NCBI GenBank assembly: GCA_964057225.1
Contig: CAXKVF010000074.1
Location: 310,001 to 374,000 of the forward strand
Reading direction: 5' to 3'
Length of the DNA: 64,000 nucleotides
Origin: Auanema rhodensis
Taxonomy: Eukaryota; Animalia; Nematoda
This document shows, piece by piece, positions 12,101 to 25,600 of the stretch (its first letter is position 1; each line of letters begins with the position of its first letter). A model generated the notes under the pieces. The model saw nothing but the letters and a program-made list of their open reading frames with translations. It had not been told where the DNA came from and made no database searches. The translations under genes and the position numbers were made by a program.

Positions 12101-14919
12101 AGATTCCCCATGTCCATATTAGTCTAAAAACAAATTTTTATTGATATTGGTGCATGGTAACCATGACTTTGAAATTTACGTGAACTTTAATTTATGCTAA
12201 TTAAATGTACACGTGATGTGCACTTGGTATGTAACTCGCTTCACGTGAAAGATAAAGAGATGCGGTTTTCAAAATTAGATTCCCCATGTCCATATTAGTC
12301 TAAAAACAAATTTTTATTGATATTGGTGCATGGTAACCATGACTTTGAAATTTACGTGAACTTCAATTTATGCTAATTAAATGTACACGTGATGTGCACT
12401 TGGTATGTAACTCGCTTCACGTGAAAGATAAAGAGATGCGGTTTTCAAAATTAGATTCCCCATGTCCATATTAGTCTAAAAACAAATTTTTATTGATATT
12501 GGTGCATGGTAACCATGACTTTGAAATTTACGTGAACTTTAATTTATGCTAATTAAATGTACACGTGATGTGCACTTGGTATGTAACTCGCTTCACGTGA
12601 AAGATAAAGAGATGCGGTTTTCAAAATTAGATTCCCCATGTCCATATTAGTCTAAAAACAAATTTTTATTGATATTGGTGCATGGTAACCATGACTTTGA
12701 AATTTACGTGAACTTTAATTTATGCTAATTAAATGTACACGTGATGTGCACTTGGTATGTAACTCGCTTCACGTGAAAGATGAAGAGATGCGGTTTTCAA
12801 AATTAGATTCCCCATGTCCATATTAGTCTAAAAACAAATTTTTATTGATATTGGTGCATGGTAACCATGACTTTGAAATTTACGTGAACTTTAATTTATG
12901 CTAATTAAATGTACACGTGATGTGCACTTGGTATGTAACTCGCTTCACGTGAAAGATAAAGAGATGCGGTTTTCAAAATTAGATTCCCCATGTCCATATT
13001 AGTCTAAAAACAAATTTTTATTGATATTGGTGCATGGTAACCATGACTTTGAAATTTACGTGAACTTCAATTTATGCTAATTAAATGTACACGTGATGTG
13101 CACTTGGTATGTAACTCGCTTCACGTGAAAGATAAAGAGATGCGGTTTTCAAAATTAGATTCCCCATGTCCATATTAGTCTAAAAACAAATTTTTATTGA
13201 TATTGGTGCATGGTAACCATGACTTTGAAATTTACGTGAACTTTAATTTATGCTAATTAAATGTACACGTGATGTGCACTTGGTATGTAACTCGCTTCAC
13301 GTGAAAGATAAAGAGATGCGGTTTTCAAAATTAGATTCCCCATGTCCATATTAGTCTAAAAACAAATTTTTATTGATATTGGTGCATGGTAACCATGACT
13401 TTGAAATTTACGTGAACTTTAATTTATGCTAATTAAATGTACACGTGATGTGCACTTGGTATGTAACTCGCTTCACGTGAAAGATGAAGAGATGCGGTTT
13501 TCAAAATTAGATTCCCCATGTCCATATTAGTCTAAAAACAAATTTTTATTGATATTGGTGCATGGTAACCATGACTTTGAAATTTACGTGAACTTTAATT
13601 TATGCTAATTAAATGTACACGTGATGTGCACTTGGTATGTAACTCGCTTCACGTGAAAGATAAAGAGATGCGGTTTTCAAAATTGGATTCCCCATGTCCA
13701 TATTAGTCTAAAAACAAATTTTTATTGATATTGCTTCATGGTAACCATGACTTTGAAATTTACGTGAACTTTAATTTATGCTAATTAAATGTACACGTGA
13801 TGTGCACTTGGTATGTAACTCGCTTCACGTGAAAGATAAAGAGATGCGGTTTTCAAAATTAGATTCCCCATGTCCATATTAGTCTAAAAACAAATTTTTA
13901 TTGATATTGGTGCATGGTAACCATGACTTTGAAATTTACGTGAACTTTAATTTATGCTAATTAAATGTACACGTGATGTGCACTTGGTATGTAACTCGCT
14001 TCACGTGAAAGATGAAGAGATGCGGTTTTCAAAATTAGATTCCCCATGTCCATATTAGTCTAAAAACAAATTTTTATTGATATTGGTGCATGGTAACCAT
14101 GACTTTGAAATTTACGTGAACTTTAATTTATGCTAATTAAATGTACACGTGATGTGCACTTGGTATGTAACTCGCTTCACGTGAAAGATAAAGAGATGCG
14201 GTTTTCAAAATTAGATTCCCCATGTCCATATTAGTCTAAAAACAAATTTTTATTGATATTGCTTCATGGTAACCATGACTTTGAAATTTACGTGAACTTT
14301 AATTTATGCTAATTAAATGTACACGTGATGTGCACTTGGTATGTAACTCGCTTCACGTGAAAGATAAAGAGATGCGGTTTTCAAAATTAGATTCCCCATG
14401 TCCATATTAGTCTAAAAACAAATTTTTATTGATATTGGTGCATGGTAACCATGACTTTGAAATTTACGTGAACTTTAATTTATGCTAATTAAATGTACAC
14501 GTGATGTGCACTTGGTATGTAACTCGCTTCACGTGAAAGATAAAGAGATGCGGTTTTCAAAATTAGATTCCCCATGTCCATATTAGTCTAAAAACAAATT
14601 TTTATTGATATTGGTGCATGGTAACCATGACTTTGAAATTTACGTGAACTTTAATTTATGCTAATTAAATGTACACGTGATTTGCACTTGGTATGTAACT
14701 CGCTTCACGTGAAAGATGAAGAGATGCGGTTTTCAAAATTAGATTCCCCATGTCCATATTAGTCTGAAAACAAATTTTTATTGATATTGGTGCATGGTAA
14801 CCATGACTTTGAAATTTACGTGAACTTTAATTTATGCTAATTAAATGTACACGTGATGTGCACTTGGTATGTAACTCGCTTCACGTGAAAGATAAAGAGA
14901 TGCGGTTTTCAAAATTATA

Positions 14920-17900
14920 TTCCCCATGTCCATATTAGTCTAAAAACAAATTTTTATTGATATTGGTGCATGGTAACCATGACTTTGAAATTTACGTGAA
15001 CTTTAATTTATGCTAATTAAATGTACACGTGATGTGCACTTGGTATGTAACTCGCTTCACGTGAAAGATAAAGAGATGCGGTTTTCAAAATTAGATTCCC
15101 CATGTCCATATTAGGCTAAAAACAAATTTTTATTGATATTGGTGCATGGTAACCATGACTTTGAAATTTACGTGAACTTTAATTTATGCTAATTAAATGT
15201 ACACGTGATGTGCACTTGGTATGTAACTCGCTTCACGTGAAAGATAAAGAGATGCGGTTTTCAAAATTAGATTCCCCATGTCCATATTAGTCTAAAAACA
15301 AATTTTTATTGATATTGGTGCATGGTAACCATGACTTTGAAATTTACGTGAACTTTAATTTATGATAATTAAATGTACACGTGATGTGCACTTGGTATGT
15401 AACTCGCTTCACGTGAAAGATAAAGAGATGCGGTTTTCAAAATTAGATTCCCCATGTCCATATTAGTCTTAAAAACAAATTTTTATTGATATTGGTGCAT
15501 GGTAACCATGACTTTGAAATTTACGTGAACTTTAATTTATGCTAATTAAATGTACACGTGATGTGCACTTGGTATGTAACTCGCTTCACGTGAAAGATGA
15601 AGAGATGCGGTTTTCAAAATTAGATTCCCCATGTCCATATTAGTCTAAAAACAAATTTTTATTGATATTGGTGCATGGTAACCATGACTTTGAAATTTAC
15701 GTGAACTTTAATTTATGCTAATTAAATGTACACGTGATGTGCACTTGGTATGTAACTCGCTTCACGTGAAAGATAAAGAGATGCGGTTTTCAAAATTAGA
15801 TTCCCCATGTCCATATTAGTCTAAAAACAAATTTTTATTGATATTGGTGCATGGTAACCATGACTTTGAAATTTACGTGAACTTTAATTTATGCTAATTA
15901 AATGTACACGTGATGTGCACTTGGTATGTAACTCGCTTCACGTGAAAGATAAAGAGATGCGGTTTTCAAAATTAGATTCCCCATGTCCATATTAGTCTAA
16001 AAACAAATTTTTATTGATATTGGTGCATGGTAACCATGACTTTGAAATTTACGTGAACTTTAATTTATGCTAATTAAATGTACACGTGATGTGCACTTGA
16101 TATGTAACTCGCTTCACGTGAAAGATGAAGAGATGCGGTTTTCAAAATTAGATTCCCCATGTCCATATTAGTCTAAAAACAAATTTTTATTGATATTGGT
16201 GCATGGTAACCATGACTTTGAAATTTACGTGAACTTTAATTTATGCTAATTAAATGTACACGTGATGTGCACTTGGTATGTAACTCGCTTCACGTGAAAG
16301 ATAAAGAGATGCGGTTTTCAAAATTAGATTCCCCATGTCCATATTAGTCTAAAAACAAATTTTTATTGATATTGGTGCATGGTAACCATGACTTTGAAAT
16401 TTACGTGAACTTTAATTTATGCTAATTAAATGTACACGTGATGTGCACTTGGTATGTAACTCGCTTCACGTGAAAGATAAAGAGATGCGGTTTTCAAAAT
16501 TAGATTCCCCATGTCCATATTAGTCTAAAAACAAATTTTTATTGATATTGGTGCATGGTAACCATGACTTTGAAATTTACGTGAACTTTAATTTATGCTA
16601 ATTAAATGTACACGTGATGTGCACTTGGTATGTAACTCGCTTCACGTGAAAGATGAAGAGATGCGGTTTTCAAAATTAGATTCCCCATGTCCATATTAGT
16701 CTGAAAACAAATTTTTATTGATATTGGTGCATGGTAACCATGACTTTGAAATTTACGTGAACTTTAATTTATGCTAATTAAATGTACACGTGATGTGCAC
16801 TTGGTATGTAACTCGCTTCACGTGAAAGATAAAGAGATGCGGTTTTCAAAATTAGATTCCCCATGTCCATATTAGTCTAAAAACAAATTTTTATTGATAT
16901 TGGTGCATGGTAACCATGACTTTGAAATTTACGTGAACTTTAATTTATGCTAATTAAATGTACACGTGATGTGCACTTGGTATGTAACTCGCTTCACGTG
17001 AAAGATGAAGAGATGCGGTTTTCAAAATTAGATTCCCCATGTCCATATTAGTCTAAAAACAAATTTTTATTGATATTGCTTCATGGTAACCATGACTTTG
17101 AAATTTACGTGAACTTTAATTTATGCTAATTAAATGTACACGTGATGTGCACTTGGTATGTAACTCGCTTCACGTGAAAGATAAAGAGATGCGGTTTTCA
17201 AAATTAGATTCCCCATGTCCATATTAGTCTAAAAACAAATTTTTATTGATATTGGTGCATGGTAACCATGACTTTGAAATTTACGTGAACTTTAATTTAT
17301 GCTAATTAAATGTACACGTGATGTGCACTTGGTATGTAACTCGCTTCACGTGAAAGATGAAGAGATGCGGTTTTCAAAATTAGATTCCCCATGTCCATAT
17401 TAGTCTGAAAACAAATTTTTATTGATATTGGTGCATGGTAACCATGACTTTGAAATTTACGTGAACTTTAATTTATGCTAATTAAATGTACACGTGATGT
17501 GCACTTGGTATGTAACTCGCTTCACGTGAAAGATAAAGAGATGCGGTTTTCAAAATTAGATTCCCCATGTCCATATTAGTCTAAAAACAAATTTTTATTG
17601 ATATTGGTGCATGGTAACCATGACTTTGAAATTTACGTGAACTTTAATTTATGCTAATTAAATGTACACGTGATGTGCACTTGGTATGTAACTCGCTTCA
17701 CGTGAAAGATGAAGAGATGCGGTTTTCAAAATTAGATTCCCCATGTCCATATTAGTCTAAAAACAAATTTTTATTGATATTGCTTCATGGTAACCATGAC
17801 TTTGAAATTTACGTGAACTTTAATTTATGCTAATTAAATGTACACGTGATGTGCACTTGGTATGTAACTCGCTTCACGTGAAAGATAAAGAGATGCGGTT

Positions 17901-20900
17901 TTCAAAATTAGATTCCCCATGTCCATATTAGTCTAAAAACAAATTTTTATTGATATTGGTGCATGGTAACCATGACTTTGAAATTTACGTGAACTTTAAT
18001 TTATGCTAATTAAATGTACACGTGATGTGCACTTGGTATGTAACTCGCTTCACGTGAAAGATAAAGAGATGCGGTTTTCAAAATTAGATTCCCCATGTCC
18101 ATATTAGTCTAAAAACAAATTTTTATTGATATTGGTGCATGGTAACCATGACTTTGAAATTTACGTGAACCTTAATTTATGCTAATTAAATGTACACGTG
18201 ATGTGCACTTGGTATGTAACTCGCTTCACGTGAAAGATAAAGAGATGCGGTTTTCAAAATTAGATTCCCCATGTCCATATTAGTCTAAAAACAAATTTTT
18301 ATTGATATTGGTGCATGGTAACCATGACTTTGAAATTTACGTGAACTTTAATTTATGCTAATTAAATGTACACGTGATGTGCACTTGGTATGTAACTCGC
18401 TTCACGTGAAAGATGAAGAGATGCGGTTTTCAAAATTAGATTCCCCATGTCCATATTAGTCTGAAAACAAATTTTTATTGATATTGGTGCATGGTAACCA
18501 TGACTTTGAAATTTACGTGAACTTTAATTTATGCTAATTAAATGTACACGTGATGTGCACTTGGTATGTAACTCGCTTCACGTGAAAGATAAAGAGATGC
18601 GGTTTTCAAAATTAGATTCCCCATGTCCATATTAGTCTAAAAACAAATTTTTATTGATATTGGTTCATGGTAACCATGACTTTGAAATTTACGTGAACTT
18701 TAATTTATGCTAATTAAATGTACACGTGATGTGCACTTGGTATGTAACTCGCTTCACGTGAAAGATAAAGAGATGCGGTTTTCAAAATTAGATTCCCCAT
18801 GTCCATATTAGTCTAAAAACAAATTTTTATTGATATTGGTGCATGGTAACCATGACTTTGAAATTTACGTGAACTTTAATTTATGCTAATTAAATGTACA
18901 CGTGATGTGCACTTGGTATGTAACTCGCTTCACGTGAAAGATGAAGAGATGCGGTTTTCAAAATTAGATTCCCCATGTCCATATTAGTCTAAAAACAAAT
19001 TTTTATTGATATTGGTGCATGGTAACCATGATTTTGAAATTTACGTGAACTTTAATTTATGCTAATTAAATGTACACGTGATGTGCACTTGGTATGTAAC
19101 TCGCTTCACGTGAAAGATAAAGAGATGCGGTTTTCAAAATTAGATTCCCCATGTCCATATTAGTCTAAAAACAAATTTTTATTGATATTGGTGCATGGTA
19201 ACCATGACTTTGAAATTTACGTGAACTTTAATTTATGCTAATTAAATGTACACGTGATGTGCACTTGGTATGTAACTCGCTTCACGTGAAAGATAAAGAG
19301 ATGCGGTTTTCAAAATTAGATTCCCCATGTCCATATTAGTCTAAAAACAAATTTTTATTGATATTGGTGCATGGTAACCATGACTTTGAAACTTACGTGA
19401 ACTTTAATTTATGCTAATTAAATGTACACGTGATGTGCACTTGGTATGTAACTCGCTTCACGTGAAAGATAAAGAGATGCGGTTTTCAAAATTAGATTCC
19501 CCATGTCCATATTAGTCTAAAAACAAATTTTTATTGATATTGGTTCATGGTAACCATGACTTTGAAATTTACGTGAACTTTAATTTATGCTAATTAAATG
19601 TACACGTGATGTGCACTTGGTATGTAACTCGCTTCACGTGAAAGATGAAGAGATGCGGTTTTCAAAATTAGATTCCCCATGTCCATATTAGTCTAAAAAC
19701 AAATTTTTATTGATATTGGTGCATGGTAACCATGACTTTGAAATTTACGTGAACTTTAATTTATGCTAATTAAATGTACACGTGATGTGCACTTGGTATG
19801 TAACTCGCTTCACGTGAAAGATAAAGAGATGCGGTTTTCAAAATTAGATTCCCCATGTCCATATTAGTCTAAAAACAAATTTTTATTGATATTGGTGCAT
19901 GGTAACCATGACTTTGAAATTTACGTGAACTTTAATTTATGCTAATTAAATGTACACGTGATGTGCACTTGGTATGTAACTCGCTTCACGTGAAAGATAA
20001 AGAGATGCGGTTTTCAAAATTAGATTCCCCATGTCCATATTAGTCTAAAAACAAATTTTTATTGATATTGGTTCATGGTAACCATGACTTTGAAATTTAC
20101 GTGAACTTTAATTTATGCTAATTAAATGTACACGTGATGTGCACTTGGTATGTAACTCGCTTCACGTGAAAGATAAAGAGATGCGGTTTTCAAAATTAGA
20201 TTCCCCATGTCCATATTAGTCTAAAAACAAATTTTTATTGATATTGGTGCATGGTAACCATGACTTTGAAATTTACGTGAACTTTAATTTATGCTAATTA
20301 AATGTACACGTGATGTGCACTTGGTATGTAACTCGCTTCACGTGAAAGATAAAGAGATGCGGTTTTCAAAATTAGATTCCCCATGTCCATATTAGGCTAA
20401 AAACAAATTTTTATTGATATTGGTGCATGGTAACCATGACTTTGAAATTTACGTGAACTTTAATTTATGCTAATTAAATGTACACGTGATGTGCACTTGG
20501 TATGTAACTCGCTTCACGTGAACGATAAAGAGATGCGGTTTTCAAAATTAGATTCCCCATGTCCATATTAGTCTAAAAACAAATTTTTATTGATATTGGT
20601 GCATGGTAACCATGACTTTGAAATTTACGTGAACTTTAATTTATGATAATTAAATGTACACGTGATGTGCACTTGGTATGTAACTCGCTTCACGTGAAAG
20701 ATAAAGAGATGCGGTTTTCAAAATTAGATTCCCCATGTCCATATTAGTCTTAAAAACAAATTTTTATTGATATTGGTGCATGGTAACCATGACTTTGAAA
20801 TTTACGTGAACTTTAATTTATGCTAATTAAATGTACACGTGATGTGCACTTGGTATGTAACTCGCTTCACGTGAAAGATGAAGAGATGCGGTTTTCAAAA

Positions 20901-22690
20901 TTAGATTCCCCATGTCCATATTAGTCTAAAAACAAATTTTTATTGATATTGGTGCATGGTAACCATGACTTTGAAATTTACGTGAACTTTAATTTATGCT
21001 AATTAAATGTACACGTGATGTGCACTTGGTATGTAACTCGCTTCACGTGAAAGATAAAGAGATGCGGTTTTCAAAATTAGATTCCCCATGTCCATATTAG
21101 TCTAAAAACAAATTTTTATTGATATTGGTGCATGGTAACCATGACTTTGAAATTTACGTGAACTTTAATTTATGCTAATTAAATGTACACGTGATGTGCA
21201 CTTGGTATGTAACTCGCTTCACGTGAAAGATAAAGAGATGCGGTTTTCAAAATTAGATTCCCCATGTCCATATTAGTCTAAAAACAAATTTTTATTGATA
21301 TTGGTGCATGGTAACCATGACTTTGAAATTTACGTGAACTTTAATTTATGCTAATTAAATGTACACGTGATGTGCACTTGATATGTAACTCGCTTCACGT
21401 GAAAGATGAAGAGATGCGGTTTTCAAAATTAGATTCCCCATGTCCATATTAGTCTAAAAACAAATTTTTATTGATATTGGTGCATGGTAACCATGACTTT
21501 GAAATTTACGTGAACTTTAATTTATGCTAATTAAATGTACACGTGATGTGCACTTGGTATGTAACTCGCTTCACGTGAAAGATAAAGAGATGCGGTTTTC
21601 AAAATTAGATTCCCCATGTCCATATTAGTCTAAAAACAAATTTTTATTGATATTGGTGCATGGTAACCATGACTTTGAAATTTACGTGAACTTTAATTTA
21701 TGCTAATTAAATGTACACGTGATGTGCACTTGGTATGTAACTCGCTTCACGTGAAAGATAAAGAGATGCGGTTTTCAAAATTAGATTCCCCATGTCCATA
21801 TTAGTCTAAAAACAAATTTTTATTGATATTGGTGCATGGTAACCATGACTTTGAAATTTACGTGAACTTTAATTTATGCTAATTAAATGTACACGTGATG
21901 TGCACTTGGTATGTAACTCGCTTCACGTGAAAGATGAAGAGATGCGGTTTTCAAAATTAGATTCCCCATGTCCATATTAGTCTGAAAACAAATTTTTATT
22001 GATATTGGTGCATGGTAACCATGACTTTGAAATTTACGTGAACTTTAATTTATGCTAATTAAATGTACACGTGATGTGCACTTGGTATGTAACTCGCTTC
22101 ACGTGAAAGATAAAGAGATGCGGTTTTCAAAATTAGATTCCCCATGTCCATATTAGTCTAAAAACAAATTTTTATTGATATTGGTGCATGGTAACCATGA
22201 CTTTGAAATTTACGTGAACTTTAATTTATGCTAATTAAATGTACACGTGATGTGCACTTGGTATGTAACTCGCTTCACGTGAAAGATGAAGAGATGCGGT
22301 TTTCAAAATTAGATTCCCCATGTCCATATTAGTCTAAAAACAAATTTTTATTGATATTGCTTCATGGTAACCATGACTTTGAAATTTACGTGAACTTTAA
22401 TTTATGCTAATTAAATGTACACGTGATGTGCACTTGGTATGTAACTCGCTTCACGTGAAAGATAAAGAGATGCGGTTTTCAAAATTAGATTCCCCATGTC
22501 CATATTAGTCTAAAAACAAATTTTTATTGATATTGGTGCATGGTAACCATGACTTTGAAATTTACGTGAACTTTAATTTATGCTAATTAAATGTACACGT
22601 GATGTGCACTTGGTATGTAACTCGCTTCACGTGAAAGATAAAGAGATGCGGTTTTCAAAATTAGATTCCCCATGTCCATATTAGTCTGAA
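14920..22690 (+). repeat. Duplicated ~14-monomer block with 30-monomer (5281-bp) offset, each copy carrying a 177-bp monomer
   Basis: Shared rare variants at 15115/20396, 15365/20646, +T insertion 15470/20751, 16100/21381, 16703/21984, 17079/22360 and 17407/22688. Confidence 0.9.
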
Positions 22691-25600
22691 AACAAATTTT
22701 TATTGATATTGGTTCATGGTAACCATGACTTTGAAATTTACGTGAACTTTAATTTATGCTAATTAAATGTACACGTGATGTGCACTTGGTATGTAACTCG
22801 CTTCACGTGAAAGATGAAGAGATGCGGTTTTCAAAATTAGATTCCCCATGTACATATTAGTCTAAAAACAAATTTTTATTGATATTGGTGCATGGTAACC
22901 ATGACTTTGAAATTTACGTGAACTTTAATTTATGCTAATTAAATGTACACGTGATGTGCACTTGGTATGTAACTCGCTTCACGTGAAAGATAAAGTGATG
23001 CGGTTTTCAAAATTAGATTCCCCATGTCCATATTAGTCTAAAAACAAATTTGTATTGATATTGGTTCATGGTAACCATGACTTTGAAATTTACGTGAACT
23101 TTAATTTATGCTAATTAATTGTACACGTGATGTGCACTTGGTATGTAACTCGCTTCACGTGAAAGATAAAGAGATACGGTTTTCAAAATTAGATTCCCCA
23201 TGTACATATTAGTCTAAAAACAAATTTTTATTGATATTGGTTCATGGTAACCATGACTTTGAAATTTACGTGAACTTTAATTTATGCTAATTAAATGTAC
23301 ACGTGATGTGCACTTGGTATGTAACTCGCTTCACGTGAAAGATAAAGAGATGCGGTTTTCAACATTAGATTCCCCATGTCCATATTAGTCTAAAAACAAA
23401 TTTTTATTGATATTGGTTCATGGTAACCATGACTTTGAAATTTACGTGAACTTTAATTTATGCTAATTAAATGTACACGTGATGTGCACTTGGTATGTAA
23501 CTCGCTTCACGTGAAAGATAAAGAAATGCGGTTTTCAAAATTAGATTCCCCATGTCCATATTAGTCTAAAAACAAATTTTTATTGATATTGGTTCATGGT
23601 AACCATGACTTTGAATTTTACGTGAACTTTAATTTATGCTAATTAATTGTACACGTGATGTGCACTTGGTATGTAACTCGCTTCACGTGAAAGATAAAGA
23701 GATGCGGTTTTCAAAATTAGATTCCCCATGTCCATATTAGTCTAAAAACAAATTTTTATTGATATTGGTGCATGGTAACCATGACTTTGAAATTTACGTG
23801 AACTTTAATTTATGCTAATTAAATGTACACGTGATGTGCACTTGGTATGTAACTCGCTTCACGTGAAAGATAAAGAGATACGGTTTTCAAAATTAGATTC
23901 CCCATGTCCATATTAGTCTAAAAACAGATTTTTATTGATATTGGTGCATGGTAACCATGACTTTGAAATTTACGTGAACTTTAATTTATGCTAATTAAAT
24001 GTACACGTGATGTGCACTTGGTATGTAACTCGCTTCACGTGAAAGATGAAGAGATGCGGTTTTCAAAATTAGATTCCCCATGTACATATTAGTCTAAAAA
24101 CAAATTTTTATTGATATTGGTGCATGGTAACCATGACTTTGAAATTTACGTGAACTTTAATTTATGCTAATTAAATGTACACGTGATGTGCACTTGGTAT
24201 GTAACTCGCTTCACGTGAAAGATAAAGTGATGCGGTTTTCAAAATTAGATTCCCCATGTCCATATTAGTCTAAAAACAAATTTGTATTGATATTGGTTCA
24301 TGGTAACCATGACTTTGAAATTTACGTGAACTTTAATTTATGCTAATTAATTGTACACGTGATGTGCACTTGGTATGTAACTCGCTTCACGTGAAAGATA
24401 AAGAGATACGGTTTTCAAAATTAGATTCCCCATGTCCATATTAGTCTAAAAACAAATTTTTATTGATATTGGTTCATGGTAACCATGACTTTGAAATTTA
24501 CGTGAACTTTAATTTATGCTAATTAAATGTACACGTGATGTGCACTTGGTATGTAACTCGCTTCACGTGAAAGATAAAGTGATGCGGTTTTCAAAATTAG
24601 ATTCCCCATGTCCATATTAGTCTAAAAACAAATTTGTATTGATATTGGTTCATGGTAACCATGACTTTGAAATTTACGTGAACTTTAATTTATGCTAATT
24701 AAATGTACACGTGATGTGCACTTGGTATGTAACTCGCTTCACGTGAAAGATAAAGAGATACGGTTTTCAAAATTAGATTCCCCATGTCCATATTAGTCTA
24801 AAAACAAATTTGTATTGATATTGGTTCATGGTAACCATGACTTTGAAATTTACGTGAACTTTAATTTATGCTAATTAAATGTACACGTGATGTGCACTTG
24901 GTATGTAACTCGCTTCACGTGAAAGATAAAGAGATACGGTTTTCAAAATTAGATTCCCCATGTCCATATTAGTCTAAAAACAAATTTTTATTGATATTGG
25001 TTCATGGTAACCATGACTTTGAAATTTACGTGAACTTTAATTTATGCTAATTAAATGTACACGTGATGTGCACTTGGTATGTAACTCGCTTCACGTGAAA
25101 GATAAAGTGATGCGGTTTTCAAAATTAGATTCCCCATGTCCATATTAGTCTAAAAACAAATTTGTATTGATATTGGTTCATGGTAACCATGACTTTGAAA
25201 TTTACGTGAACTTTAATTTATGCTAATTAAATGTACACGTGATGTGCACTTGGTATGTAACTCGCTTCACGTGAAAGATAAAGAGATACGGTTTTCAAAA
25301 TTAGATTCCCCATGTCCATATTAGTCTAAAAACAAATTTGTATTGATATTGGTTCATGGTAACCATGACTTTGAAATTTACGTGAACTTTAATTTATGCT
25401 AATTAAATGTACACGTGATGTGCACTTGGTATGTAACTCGCTTCACGTGAAAGATAAAGAGATACGGTTTTCAAAATTAGATTCCCCATGTCCATATTAG
25501 TCTAAAAACAAATTTTTATTGATATTGGTTCATGGTAACCATGACTTTGAAATTTACGTGAACTTTAATTTATGCTAATTAAATGTACACGTGATGTGCA

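Larger units (their letters stand above)
1..13485 (+). repeat. Block duplication with 48-monomer (8448-bp) offset: 1-5037 vs 8449-13485
   Basis: Rare variants repeat in the same order 8448 bp apart: 225/8673, 261/8709, 294/8742, 358/8806, 4620/13068. First mismatch seen at 5038/13486. Confidence 0.92.
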
